Under the pieces are notes generated by a model, which searched no databases, was not told the DNA's origin, and was given only the letters and a program-made list of their open reading frames with translations. The position numbers and the translations under genes were made by a program. Below are positions 7,336-16,332 of a DNA stretch of 33,702 bases, one piece after another. Source of the DNA: Planctomycetales bacterium (GTDB taxonomy: Bacteria > 4484-113); the NCBI GenBank assembly GCA_037445915.1, contig JBBIJQ010000021.1, positions 1 through 33,702 on the forward strand. The letters run 5' to 3'. The stretch's first letter is position 1, and the number at the start of each line of letters is the position of its first letter.

Positions 7336-8253
7336 ATGAACAACATGATGAAATACGCTTTATTGCTGATTGTAGCGCTTCTCGCGTGGTCGTGCGGCGG
7401 CGGCGGGACTCCGTCCCCGCTCCCCGGCGGCGCGGAACACACGCAGGAAATCACCGTAAGCCCTACAACCGACGGTGTTGTGACGCTTGAAAGCGGCGCA
7501 AAAGCGACTTTTCCTGCGGGCACCTTTAGTGTGGCGACAACCATCGTCTTCTCCGACACGATAGTCGGGCCGGAGCGCGAAGCGCCGACTTATCCCGAGG
7601 GCACTGCCGGCCCTATCGGCTACCTGACGATTAACAACCCTGCGGCTGAGCAAAACAAGTTCAACAGCGACATCAGCGTCACTTTCAATATCCGCGTGAG
7701 CGGCGTGGCCGAAGGCGTGCGTTACTGGGTTTACCGCTACAACGACGACACCACGAAATGGGAACGCTGGGGCACGGCCTTCGCCACCGTGGCAAGCGGT
7801 GGCACTCTAGCGGTTGCGACCCTGCCAACCACCGGCGTGTCTTACTACATAGGCTCGGTGGGCATCTTCTCCAACCTGACGGTTGAAGGCGGCGGGCTTC
7901 CAGGCGGCGCAGCGGCATCGCTCTCGGGCATTGTCACCAGCTCCGCCACCAGCGATCCTGTGGCGGGCATTGACGTGATGCTCTACGCCGTGAACATCGG
8001 CGGGACGCTGCCACACGATTTCATGAACGGCGAAGCCGACCCGGACAACCCTAACAACCACAACCTTGTTTACACCAACGCCGACGGCCGCTATGAGATC
8101 CGGTTTTCGCAAGCCGACATAGCAGCGGGGCTAGTTTACCTCGTCCGCATAGGCCAGCGCCACGGCGGCTATCTTGACGCCGAGTCGTCAACCTTCACCG
8201 TCGCGGCGGGCGTCAACCCCGACAAGAACTTCGTCGTCACCCCCGAGACGTAA
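7336..8253 (+). CDS. Putative lipoprotein with ZU5-like beta domain and C-terminal carboxypeptidase-regulatory-like (prealbumin) domain
   Basis: Signal peptide with lipobox LAWS-C-GGGG; beta-rich, T/G/V-rich; LSGIVT...PVAGIDV...YTNADGRYEI pattern at C-terminus. Start could be any of three nearby ATGs. Confidence 0.8.
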   Translation: MNNMMKYALLLIVALLAWSCGGGGTPSPLPGGAEHTQEITVSPTTDGVVTLESGAKATFPAGTFSVATTIVFSDTIVGPEREAPTYPEGTAGPIGYLTINNPAAEQNKFNSDISVTFNIRVSGVAEGVRYWVYRYNDDTTKWERWGTAFATVASGGTLAVATLPTTGVSYYIGSVGIFSNLTVEGGGLPGGAAASLSGIVTSSATSDPVAGIDVMLYAVNIGGTLPHDFMNGEADPDNPNNHNLVYTNADGRYEIRFSQADIAAGLVYLVRIGQRHGGYLDAESSTFTVAAGVNPDKNFVVTPET

Positions 8254-8443
8254 GGCTGGTGACTGGCGTATTCCGCCCCTTCTTGGGGAAACGCGCATTG
8301 AGCGAATGAGCCGCGCGATTAAGCGCGCAGGCTCGCAAGAGGAGTGGGGTCGTGGTGGAGTATCCAAGGCGCGGCTGCCTTCCATTTTTCCTGTTGGCGG
8401 TAACCATTACCACCGCGCTAATCACGCTGTTGGCGCGTATCTT

Positions 8444-9442
8444 CTAGGAATCCTGGCCGCAAACGCCGGCGCCCGCCGAGAGGTCAATCATCTCAATGTC
8501 AATTTGCGCGGCGGCTTCAAGGACGCGCTCGTTGCGGTAAAACTCGCCGTAGCAGATGCGCTTGATGCCGCAGTTCGCCAGCACCTTGAAGCATTCCCAG
8601 CAAGGGCTGCACGTGACGTAGAGCGTCGCGCCGCTGATGTTCGCGCCGTTTCGCGCCGCCTGCGCAATCGCGTTCATCTCCGCGTGGATGGTGCGCACGC
8701 AATGGCCGTTCTCCATCATGTGCCCAGCCTCGTCGCAGTGGGGCGTGCCGGAAATGCTGCCGTTGTAGCCGGTGCTCAGTATCACGCGGTCGCGCACGAG
8801 CACTGCGCCCACGTTCTTGCGGTCGCAGGTTGAGCGCGTGGCGACGGTGCGCGCGATTTGCATAAAATACTCGTCCCACGACAGCCGCCGCTTCGCGCAC
8901 GCCTCGCCGACGGTCTCTCCAAGCATGCAGTGCAGGTTATCAATGGCGCCGTTATTGTCTATTCTGTCGGTCGCCGCAGCGCGTAACGCCTCAAGGTTTT
9001 GCGCGCCGGGCCCGCCGTTCATCTCGCGCCTCTCCAGCGCCTTGAATTCCTCTAAGCTCATTCCCTCGCCGGTGCGCCCACGGTTTTTCACGCGCGCATA
9101 CCGAAGCTCAACGGGCGCGTCTATGAAGATGAGCCTGAAGCCTTCGGTGTTCTTCACCGGCTCAAGCTCGCCAAGGTTGCGCACGCTCGTTATGACGATA
9201 TTCGCTGCGTTTTGCGATGCAGCGCGCTCAAGCACGCGGTTCGTGAGGTAGCTCTCGCCGTAAACGGTGCGCAGTTCGTTGCCGAGTAGCTGCAATGCTT
9301 CGCGGGTTGGCTCTTCACCGCGCGCGCGCGCCAATTCCCTCAGCTCGTCGCTTAGTGAGAAATGCGCAAAGCCCTTGCCGGCGAAGTAATGCGCGGCCTC
9401 GTCTTTGCCCGCGCCGTTCGTTCCCGCAATCGCAATAATCAT
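8444..9442 (-). CDS. P-loop nucleotide kinase-like (dephospho-CoA kinase/NMP kinase family) - dCMP deaminase fusion
   Basis: Start ATG 9442 after GGAGGAA; Walker A GTNGAGKD, DAPVELRYAR, IDNNG; then SWDEYFM, RSTC, STGYNG, HAEMNAI and SPCWEC Zn-deaminase motifs. Confidence 0.93.
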   Translation of the reverse strand: MIIAIAGTNGAGKDEAAHYFAGKGFAHFSLSDELRELARARGEEPTREALQLLGNELRTVYGESYLTNRVLERAASQNAANIVITSVRNLGELEPVKNTEGFRLIFIDAPVELRYARVKNRGRTGEGMSLEEFKALERREMNGGPGAQNLEALRAAATDRIDNNGAIDNLHCMLGETVGEACAKRRLSWDEYFMQIARTVATRSTCDRKNVGAVLVRDRVILSTGYNGSISGTPHCDEAGHMMENGHCVRTIHAEMNAIAQAARNGANISGATLYVTCSPCWECFKVLANCGIKRICYGEFYRNERVLEAAAQIDIEMIDLSAGAGVCGQDS

Positions 9443-9512
9443 CGTTTCCTCCACATGTCCATGCGCAGGGGGATTATAGTGGAAAAACTCCTTACCTTGA
9501 AAAAACTTGGAC

Positions 9513-9573
9513 GGGGACGCGACTTTCCAGTCGCGTTTTGGAATCCAGATCGGGACTAGAAAGTCCCGACTCC
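9513..9573. repeat. Tail-to-tail pair of REP-like hairpins
   Basis: Plus GGGG-ACGCGACT-TTCC-AGTCGCGT-TTTGGAATC; minus GGAG-TCGGGACT-TTCT-AGTCCCGA-TCTGGATTC; tails overlap at 9541-9545. Confidence 0.7.
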
Positions 9574-9596
9574 ATCCTCCCCTACCCCCCAATCCC

Positions 9597-10190
9597 TTAT
9601 CCCTGTCCCGCAGCCTTCATCCTCTCCGCATACTTACTGCCCCTCGGCAGCGAATGAAGCTTGGCCAGCCCGTGTTTCAAGAGCCACTCGTTCACTAGCG
9701 CGCCATTACCCGCCTCGCCAATCCAAACCCACGCCTGAAGCCGCCCGTATTGGTCGCGCTGCGGCTCGCCGAATTCAAGCGTAAGCTGCTTCCCCTTCAT
9801 CGCCGCCTCTAGCTGCTGCATTGAAAACGTGGCGGCGAGGTCGCCTGTTTCCTGCCACTCCGACCGCACGCTGTCGTCTTTCACTACAGGCTGCCGACGA
9901 AACATCTCCGGCGCGTCAACGCCCAGTAGCTGGACCTTTTCCTCGTTTTCGCCGATGAGCACGCGCACTGTGTCGCCGTCAACAGCGAGCACGAATTTCG
10001 CGGGCGTTTGCGCGGGATAGACTGCGAGCGCAGGCTCTCCGGGCTTCACGATGCGCGAGCGCATCGCGCCCCGATACGCGGAGATTAGCGCATATGCGAA
10101 GGCTGCGAGGATAAACAGCCACAGCGCGATTGAAGCGGGAAGCGGCACTGCGCGCCTAGGTTTTGCTGCGGACTTTAACTTGCGCGGCAC
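9597..10190 (-). CDS. Membrane-anchored thermonuclease (SNase-like) protein
   Basis: N-terminal TM; VDGDT, LLGVDAPE, DQYGRL.A.VW, VNEWLL..GLA motifs. Confidence 0.9.
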   Translation of the reverse strand: MPRKLKSAAKPRRAVPLPASIALWLFILAAFAYALISAYRGAMRSRIVKPGEPALAVYPAQTPAKFVLAVDGDTVRVLIGENEEKVQLLGVDAPEMFRRQPVVKDDSVRSEWQETGDLAATFSMQQLEAAMKGKQLTLEFGEPQRDQYGRLQAWVWIGEAGNGALVNEWLLKHGLAKLHSLPRGSKYAERMKAAGQG

Positions 10191-10193
10191 GGC

Positions 10194-11108
10194 TTAGGGC
10201 TGCGGTTCATCGGCGGGCGCGGCAGGTTCCGCATCATCCAGCGGCGCTACGCCTTCCTCCGTGCGCACGACAATGAGCGCGGTCTTGCCGACTGTCAGCT
10301 CGTCGCCCGGCTTCAGCTCACGCCATTCCTGCGCAGCCATCTTCTCGCCGTTTAGAAGCGTGCCGTTTGTGCTGCCAATGTCTTGCGCCTTTATGTAATC
10401 AAGATCAACGTCAAGCACCGCGTGCGCCGCGCTGATGAAGCCGTCGTCGGGAAAGGCGATGTCGTTGCGGTCGGGCTTGCGGCCGATACGCACTTTGCCG
10501 AACGGAAGATGGTAAGAAGTCTCGCCCCCTTTCAACGACCACGGGCTGCGCACTTCCTCAACGTCTATGGAATCTTCGCGCAGGCCGGGGATGGCTTTCT
10601 CGCCTTCCTCCTCCGCCCCCTCTTCGCCCGTAGGCGCAGCCGGGTTCTCTAGCCAGCGCAAGGCGATGGGCAGTTCGCCCGCTTTCAGCCCGGATGCCGG
10701 GGTAAGCTCGCATTCCTCCGCGCCCAGCCTTGCGCCGTCAACGAAGGTGCCGTTGGTGCTGCCGAGGTCGCGCACGAAAAGCCTGCCACCACGCACAGCG
10801 AAGACGAGGTGCTTGCGCGAGAGGTAGGGGTTGCCCACAACGAGGTCTCCCTCGGAACGCCCTAGCGTGTGCTCGCCTTCGCCGATGCCGAAGACCTGCC
10901 CGGCGATGGCCACCTCAACGCTGCCAGCCACGGTGGCGGCTGCGCGCGTTTTGCCGCCTTCGCCCATGCTCCCCGGCTCATAGCCGCATGATGGGCAATA
11001 GCCCGCGTCATGCGGGATGGCCGCGCTGCAGTAAGGGCAAGCGGTTTCGCGGGCGCCATCATTGATTTTTAGCGCCCTTGTATGATCGGCGTCATTCGCG
11101 TGGCCCAT
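10194..11108 (-). CDS. Zinc-ribbon plus tandem FHA-domain protein
   Basis: CPYC-x10-CPSC; two FHA domains each with GR, SxxH and GSTNGT motifs, joined by an acidic linker; SD GAGGT. Confidence 0.92.
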   Translation of the reverse strand: MGHANDADHTRALKINDGARETACPYCSAAIPHDAGYCPSCGYEPGSMGEGGKTRAAATVAGSVEVAIAGQVFGIGEGEHTLGRSEGDLVVGNPYLSRKHLVFAVRGGRLFVRDLGSTNGTFVDGARLGAEECELTPASGLKAGELPIALRWLENPAAPTGEEGAEEEGEKAIPGLREDSIDVEEVRSPWSLKGGETSYHLPFGKVRIGRKPDRNDIAFPDDGFISAAHAVLDVDLDYIKAQDIGSTNGTLLNGEKMAAQEWRELKPGDELTVGKTALIVVRTEEGVAPLDDAEPAAPADEPQP

Positions 11109-11144
11109 ATCGTTACCTCGCGGAGTTTCGTTAGTTGGTTGATT

Positions 11145-11756
11145 TTAGCTCATTGCGGGGCGTTTCCGAAAGCGGCGCACAATCCAAAAAAGAATTAGCG
11201 CCAGCAAAACGGCCAAGAATATCTTATCCAATATTTGCGCGTAACCCTTAATCTGTTCCCAGTTCTCTCCTAGCACCATTCCAGCATAAGTAAGCATGTA
11301 GCAATACAGCAGCGCGCCGCCAAAGGCAAATATGCAAAACAGAAAAAATGGCATTCTGGCTATTCCGGCAGTCAGCATGATGTACGTGCGAAGCATCGGG
11401 ATTATCTTTGTAAAGAATACCGTAACAGAACCATACCGAAGGAAGAAGCGGTCGGCAATGTCAAGCTCGCGCTCCCTGATTGAGATGTAACGCCCGTAAC
11501 GATGAAGGAGCGGCCGCCCGCCGTAATACCCCACTGCATAGCACACTATGCTGCCCAGCAAATTGCCGAAAGCGCCGCTGAATGCGACAGCGTGGAAGTT
11601 GAGCCTGCCCTCAGACACAAGGAAGCCGGAGAAGGAAATTATGATTTCCGATGGCAGTGGCATAAATGCGGCATCTATCGCCGACATCAAGACGATTCCG
11701 AAATATCCGAGCGATAGTATGGTCTCGGTTATGAGTTTAACGATTGCTTCAATCAT
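11145..11756 (-). CDS. DedA family membrane protein
   Basis: PLPSEII..FSG, GNLLGS...Y..GYYGGR, FFLRYG..TVFF, AGIARMP motifs. Confidence 0.93.
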   Translation of the reverse strand: MIEAIVKLITETILSLGYFGIVLMSAIDAAFMPLPSEIIISFSGFLVSEGRLNFHAVAFSGAFGNLLGSIVCYAVGYYGGRPLLHRYGRYISIRERELDIADRFFLRYGSVTVFFTKIIPMLRTYIMLTAGIARMPFFLFCIFAFGGALLYCYMLTYAGMVLGENWEQIKGYAQILDKIFLAVLLALILFWIVRRFRKRPAMS

Positions 11757-11786
11757 TAGGGAGTGGAAAAAGAGATTGTAACAGGT

Positions 11787-12686
11787 TTACTTGACGGGAA
11801 CTGCGTCGTCTTTATCGCCATAGCCCTCTTTGGGCTTCTCATCTTCCGGCGGGGGCTTCTGTTCGCCATCCTTGCCGCCCTCGCCATCATTGGGCTTCTG
11901 TTCTTCGGGCGGCTTAGCTTCCCCATCACCATCGCCCTTGCCGCCCTCGCCATCTTTCGGCTTCGCCTCGCCGCCGCCGTTGTCCTTCGGCTTCTCATCG
12001 CCGGGCTTGGCTTCTTCCTTTGGCGGGGCTTTTTCCTCTTCGGTGGGGGGAGGCGCAGCTTCATCGCCTTCGCCGCCGGAAGTGTCCACGTTCTCAAACG
12101 GCAGGGCGCCCGCATCCGCAGGCTCGGCCGGTCCCGGCGGCTCTCCAAGGTTGGTCTCGGGCATGTCATACGCTATGGGCGGCTTGTAATCCCCCTGCGC
12201 AATTTGCAGCGCTATGGGATCTCCCGGCTCGTAAGGATAGCTCCTTGCCTCGTCGGGCTTCACGTATTTAAGCTCAATATCAAGGTATGTCGCCGGGCTT
12301 GTCAGCGGCTCAACTTTGTTCGTTTGCAAGTCGTGCTTCCAACGGTAAACAAGGCGCTCCGACTGGTTGGGAATGGCGACCGTCCACAGGAAGTACTTCG
12401 CGCCCTCTTTGATGTAGGGCGGGCTTTTCTCAGTATCCAGCCCTCCCTTCTCGGCCTTGCGGAAGAACTTTTCATACGCGGCGATGCGCTGGTTGGCGGG
12501 CGTGTAGTCTTTCTGCGAAATCTCCGCGAGGATGCCCACTACCCAATACGCGCCGATGACGTAAGCTACGCAGAGGAAGAAGAAAACTATGCCGCCGATG
12601 ATGCCGAATGCGCCGAGCGTTTCCGCAAGACTCCGATTTGGCTTGTGGAGCTTGCGCTTGCGGATGGAGGCGATACGTTTTTGCAT
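11787..12686 (-). CDS. Hypothetical single-TM protein with long P/E/K/G/D-rich disordered C-terminal tail
   Basis: Basic N-terminus, one hydrophobic helix, globular middle and low-complexity tail; ATG 12686 lies 7 nt after the stop of the upstream gene. Confidence 0.75.
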   Translation of the reverse strand: MQKRIASIRKRKLHKPNRSLAETLGAFGIIGGIVFFFLCVAYVIGAYWVVGILAEISQKDYTPANQRIAAYEKFFRKAEKGGLDTEKSPPYIKEGAKYFLWTVAIPNQSERLVYRWKHDLQTNKVEPLTSPATYLDIELKYVKPDEARSYPYEPGDPIALQIAQGDYKPPIAYDMPETNLGEPPGPAEPADAGALPFENVDTSGGEGDEAAPPPTEEEKAPPKEEAKPGDEKPKDNGGGEAKPKDGEGGKGDGDGEAKPPEEQKPNDGEGGKDGEQKPPPEDEKPKEGYGDKDDAVPVK

Positions 12687-12693
12687 GGATTGG

Positions 12694-13479
12694 TTACCGG
12701 CGAGGCAAATCGCTTCCCTTGCGCTCCGCGACGATAGCGGGGATGCCCATATCGTCAAGCTTGGCGACCGCCTGCGCAGCCTCGTCCATCGTGAGGTAAA
12801 CCGCCTCCACGAAGATGGAGCTGCCGATGGCGATTACATCAGGCTCAAAGCCCTCCGGGAATCCTCCAGCTTCAAGCAGCTTGAACGCGCTTTGCACGTC
12901 CTTCACTTCCTGGAGCTGCACCGCCCATACAACTGGCACCGGCTCGTTGGGGAGGAAGCGGAAGTCCAGCGATAGCTTCGCCGGATCGTCAATTTCTATG
13001 ACCTTGAATAGCGCCGGCCCTTGGATGAACATCTCTATCATCTGGATGGTGTTGTCTGCGCGTGTGACGATGCTGAATGGGACGGCGTCTTTGCTTTGCA
13101 CTTTCGCGTTTTCGGCGTATTTCACGCCGTCAAAGGTAATCTTGAAGCGGTAGGGGAACTTCTTGTATTCAACCTTATAAGCCGGGTGCGAGGGCGCGCC
13201 GGTGCGCTTGCCGCCGCTTTCAACGCTGAAGTCAAGCACAATGCGGGTGTAGTCCGGGTGCTTGCCGAAGCGGATGCCGTCCAGGACGCATCCCGCGAGC
13301 TTCGCGCCGCCGGAAAACGCGCCTGAGGCCTTAAACTGCGCCGGGGCTTTTTGCGCCTGAGCATGCGCAGCCGGGGGCGCGACGTATGCCAGCGCCAGCA
13401 GCGCGAGAATAATGCAAACAGCCAGCGCCGCCGCCGCTGCCGCCGTCCGCTTCGCCATATATAATGCCCCGTTACCCAT
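12694..13479 (-). CDS. Secreted protein with AMIN-like domain and possible C-terminal SPOR-like domain
   Basis: Signal peptide ending AHA/AQA; IRFGKHPDYTRIVLDF and FKVIEIDDPAKLSLDF AMIN-like motifs; WAVQL...YLTMDEA..AVAKL..GIPAIV SPOR-like pattern. Alternative start 13458. Confidence 0.7.
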   Translation of the reverse strand: MGNGALYMAKRTAAAAAALAVCIILALLALAYVAPPAAHAQAQKAPAQFKASGAFSGGAKLAGCVLDGIRFGKHPDYTRIVLDFSVESGGKRTGAPSHPAYKVEYKKFPYRFKITFDGVKYAENAKVQSKDAVPFSIVTRADNTIQMIEMFIQGPALFKVIEIDDPAKLSLDFRFLPNEPVPVVWAVQLQEVKDVQSAFKLLEAGGFPEGFEPDVIAIGSSIFVEAVYLTMDEAAQAVAKLDDMGIPAIVAERKGSDLPRR

Positions 13480-13487
13480 GCCCCCTG

Positions 13488-13516
13488 AGTCTATTCCCCG
13501 CGTGAGGTTGTGTCAA
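13488..13516 (-). promoter_or_regulatory. Near-consensus sigma70 promoter for the minus-strand block
   Basis: TTGACA (13516-13511), 17-nt spacer, TAGACT (13493-13488), 8 nt before ATG 13479. Confidence 0.7.
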
Positions 13517-13593
13517 GGAAGGCGCGCAATAGCCACATCCACCCAATTCCCAACTCCGAACTATAAACCCTATTCGTATTCCCCACTGGTCTT

Positions 13594-13602
13594 TGCTAGA
13601 AT
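13594..13602 (+). promoter_or_regulatory. Extended -10 promoter for nuo operon
   Basis: TGC-TAGAAT about 110 nt upstream of nuoA. Confidence 0.55.
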
Positions 13603-13712
13603 CGGCGTAATGCGGCAAAGGCGCGTCACGCTGCGCGCAGGCCGCTGGAAGGACACCCACGAATGACGGCGCGGCAAGCGAGCACATCCAACCTGCAAAA
13701 CGGAGGCCGGTA

Positions 13713-14104
13713 ATGGGACTGGAAAGCCTGGATGCCTGGCTTCCCATCGGCGTTTACATTGCCATTCTCATCTGCTTCGCCGCGCTCCTTATCATCCTGT
13801 CGCACATTATCCAGCCGCGCAACATCCCGCGCCGCCGCGAGTTCACCGAGCCGTTTGAGTGCGGCCTAAAGAGCAAAGGCTTGCCGCTTGGCCGCTATCC
13901 GGTGAAATACTACCTTGCAGCGATAATGTTCGTCGTCTTTGACCTGGAGGCAGTGTTCCTTTACCCGTGGGCGGTGAGCCTGCAAGCGTTCAAGGACGCG
14001 CAGCTCGCCTGGCTGTGGTTCGGCGAAATGCTCGTGTTCATCATCATCCTCCTCGCGGGTTATGCGTTCATTCTCGCGAAAGGAGTCTTCGCGTGGCCGG
14101 AGGA

Positions 14105-14108
<4 letters not shown>
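13713..14108 (+). CDS. nuoA: NADH-quinone oxidoreductase subunit A
   Basis: [28 protein letters not shown]; three TM; GGAGG SD. Confidence 0.97.
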
Positions 14109-14622
<514 letters not shown>

Positions 14623-14626
<4 letters not shown>

Positions 14627-16332
14627 TAGGCGCGCCTGAACACCTGGTCGTTGACGCGCTCGGCGCAGTCGCGCAGCGCATATACGCCGACAGCGCCGGC
14701 GAGCCGGTTGCGGTGGTAATGCCCGACAGGCTTTTTGAAGCTGCGCGCATAGTGCGCGACGACCCGCGCCTGGCGTGCAACTACCTGTCGTTTGCCAGCG
14801 CGCAGGATTTCACGCCGCGCGAGCCGCGCTTTGACGGCGTTTACCAGCTCTACAGCATCCCCCTGCGCCACTGGATGCGCCTGCGCGCCCCCATCGCCGA
14901 TGGCGAAGTCCTGCCATCGCTAGCTGAATTGTTCAAGGCCGCCGAATGGCATGAGCGGGAAACATACGACCTTTTTGGCATCCCTTACGCCGGGCATCCC
15001 GACCTGCGCCGCATCGTGCTCTCGGACAACTGGCACGGCTATCCGCTGCGCAAGGAGTATTCGCACAAGCTGGAACCCGCCTGGGCGCTGGGAACTAACG
15101 TGCTGCAAAACACCGCTGAAGACGGCATGGCGGGAATGGAAGAACGAGACGGCGGCCCTGCGCGCCACATCATCCTGAATATGGGGCCGCAGCATCCCGC
15201 GACGCACGGCGTGTTGCGCCTTGCGCTGGAACTGGACGGCGAGAACATCGTAAACTGCGTGCCGCATATCGGCTACCTGCACACCGGCATTGAAAAACTC
15301 TCCGAGCATCACAACTGGACGAAGAACATCACGCACTACTCCCGTATGGACTACGTCTCGCCGATGAACAACGAGCTGGCGTATTGCCTGGCGGTGGAAA
15401 AGCTGATTGGCTGTGAAGTCCCCAAGCGCGCGCAGTATATCCGCGTGCTGATGAGCGAGCTGACGCGCATCATCTCGCACCTCGTCTGGCTCGGCTCGCA
15501 TGCGATGGACATAGGCGCAATGAGCGTGTTCCTTTACTGCATAGCCGAGCGCGAGAAGATATTGGACATATATGAAGAAGTCGGCGGCCAGCGCATGATG
15601 ACCTCTTACATCCGCATCGGCGGGCTGCAGGCGGACATCACCGAAAAGCTGTCCGGGATGGTGCGCGCATGGGCGAAGGAATTCCCGGCGCAGCTCAAGA
15701 TGTACCACGGGCTGCTCACTGAAAACCCCATCTGGCGGCAGCGCACAATGGGCATCGCACATCTTAGCCGAGAGGACTCAATCAGCTACGGCTTGTCGGG
15801 TCCGCTGGCGCGCGCGGTCGGGATTGACTGGGACTTGCGGCGCGACTGCCCTTACAGCAGCTATGAAGAGTTTCACTTTGAAGTGCCGGTGCGGCATGAC
15901 GGCGACGTTTACGCGCGTTACCTCGTTCGCATGGAGGAAATGGCCCAGGCGCATGGCATCGCGCTCCAAGCGCTGGAGAAGATAGAGAAAGAGAAGCCCG
16001 GCGAGTTCGTGGTCAAAGACTACAAAATTGCGCCCGTCCCGCGTGAACGCATCAATTCGTCAATTGAAGAATTGATTCACCACTTCATGTATTGGACCGA
16101 CGGGATTCACGTCCCCGAAGGCGAGGCATACGGCTTCATTGAGGGAAGCAAGGGCGAGATAGGCTTCTTCGTTTCAAGCAACGGCACTGCGCTGCCGCAA
16201 CGGGTGAAAGTTCGCGGCCCGTCATTCGCTAACTTGAGCGCGCTGCCCGCGATGGTCAAAGGGCGCCTCATCGCCGATGTCGTCGCCGCGGTAGGCAGCA
16301 TAGACGTGATACTTGGGGAGGTGGACCGGTGA
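14623..16332 (+). CDS. nuoCD: NADH-quinone oxidoreductase fused subunit C/D
   Basis: NuoC motif [19 protein letters not shown]...GYPLRK followed in frame by Nuo[30 protein letters not shown]. Confidence 0.97.

Noticed and set aside
9443..9592. 50-aa N-terminal extension of the kinase-deaminase ORF; also an AvcI-like antitoxin RNA
   Set aside because: The extension translates REP-like DNA and lies upstream of a clear SD and -10; the gap is only ~150 nt and is explained by repeats and a promoter, so an antitoxin RNA is unsupported.
11763..12737. 324-aa plus-strand hydrophobic ORF resembling a membrane protein
   Set aside because: Antisense of the E/K/D/G-rich minus-strand gene, which fits the operon orientation; the hydrophobicity is a complement artefact.
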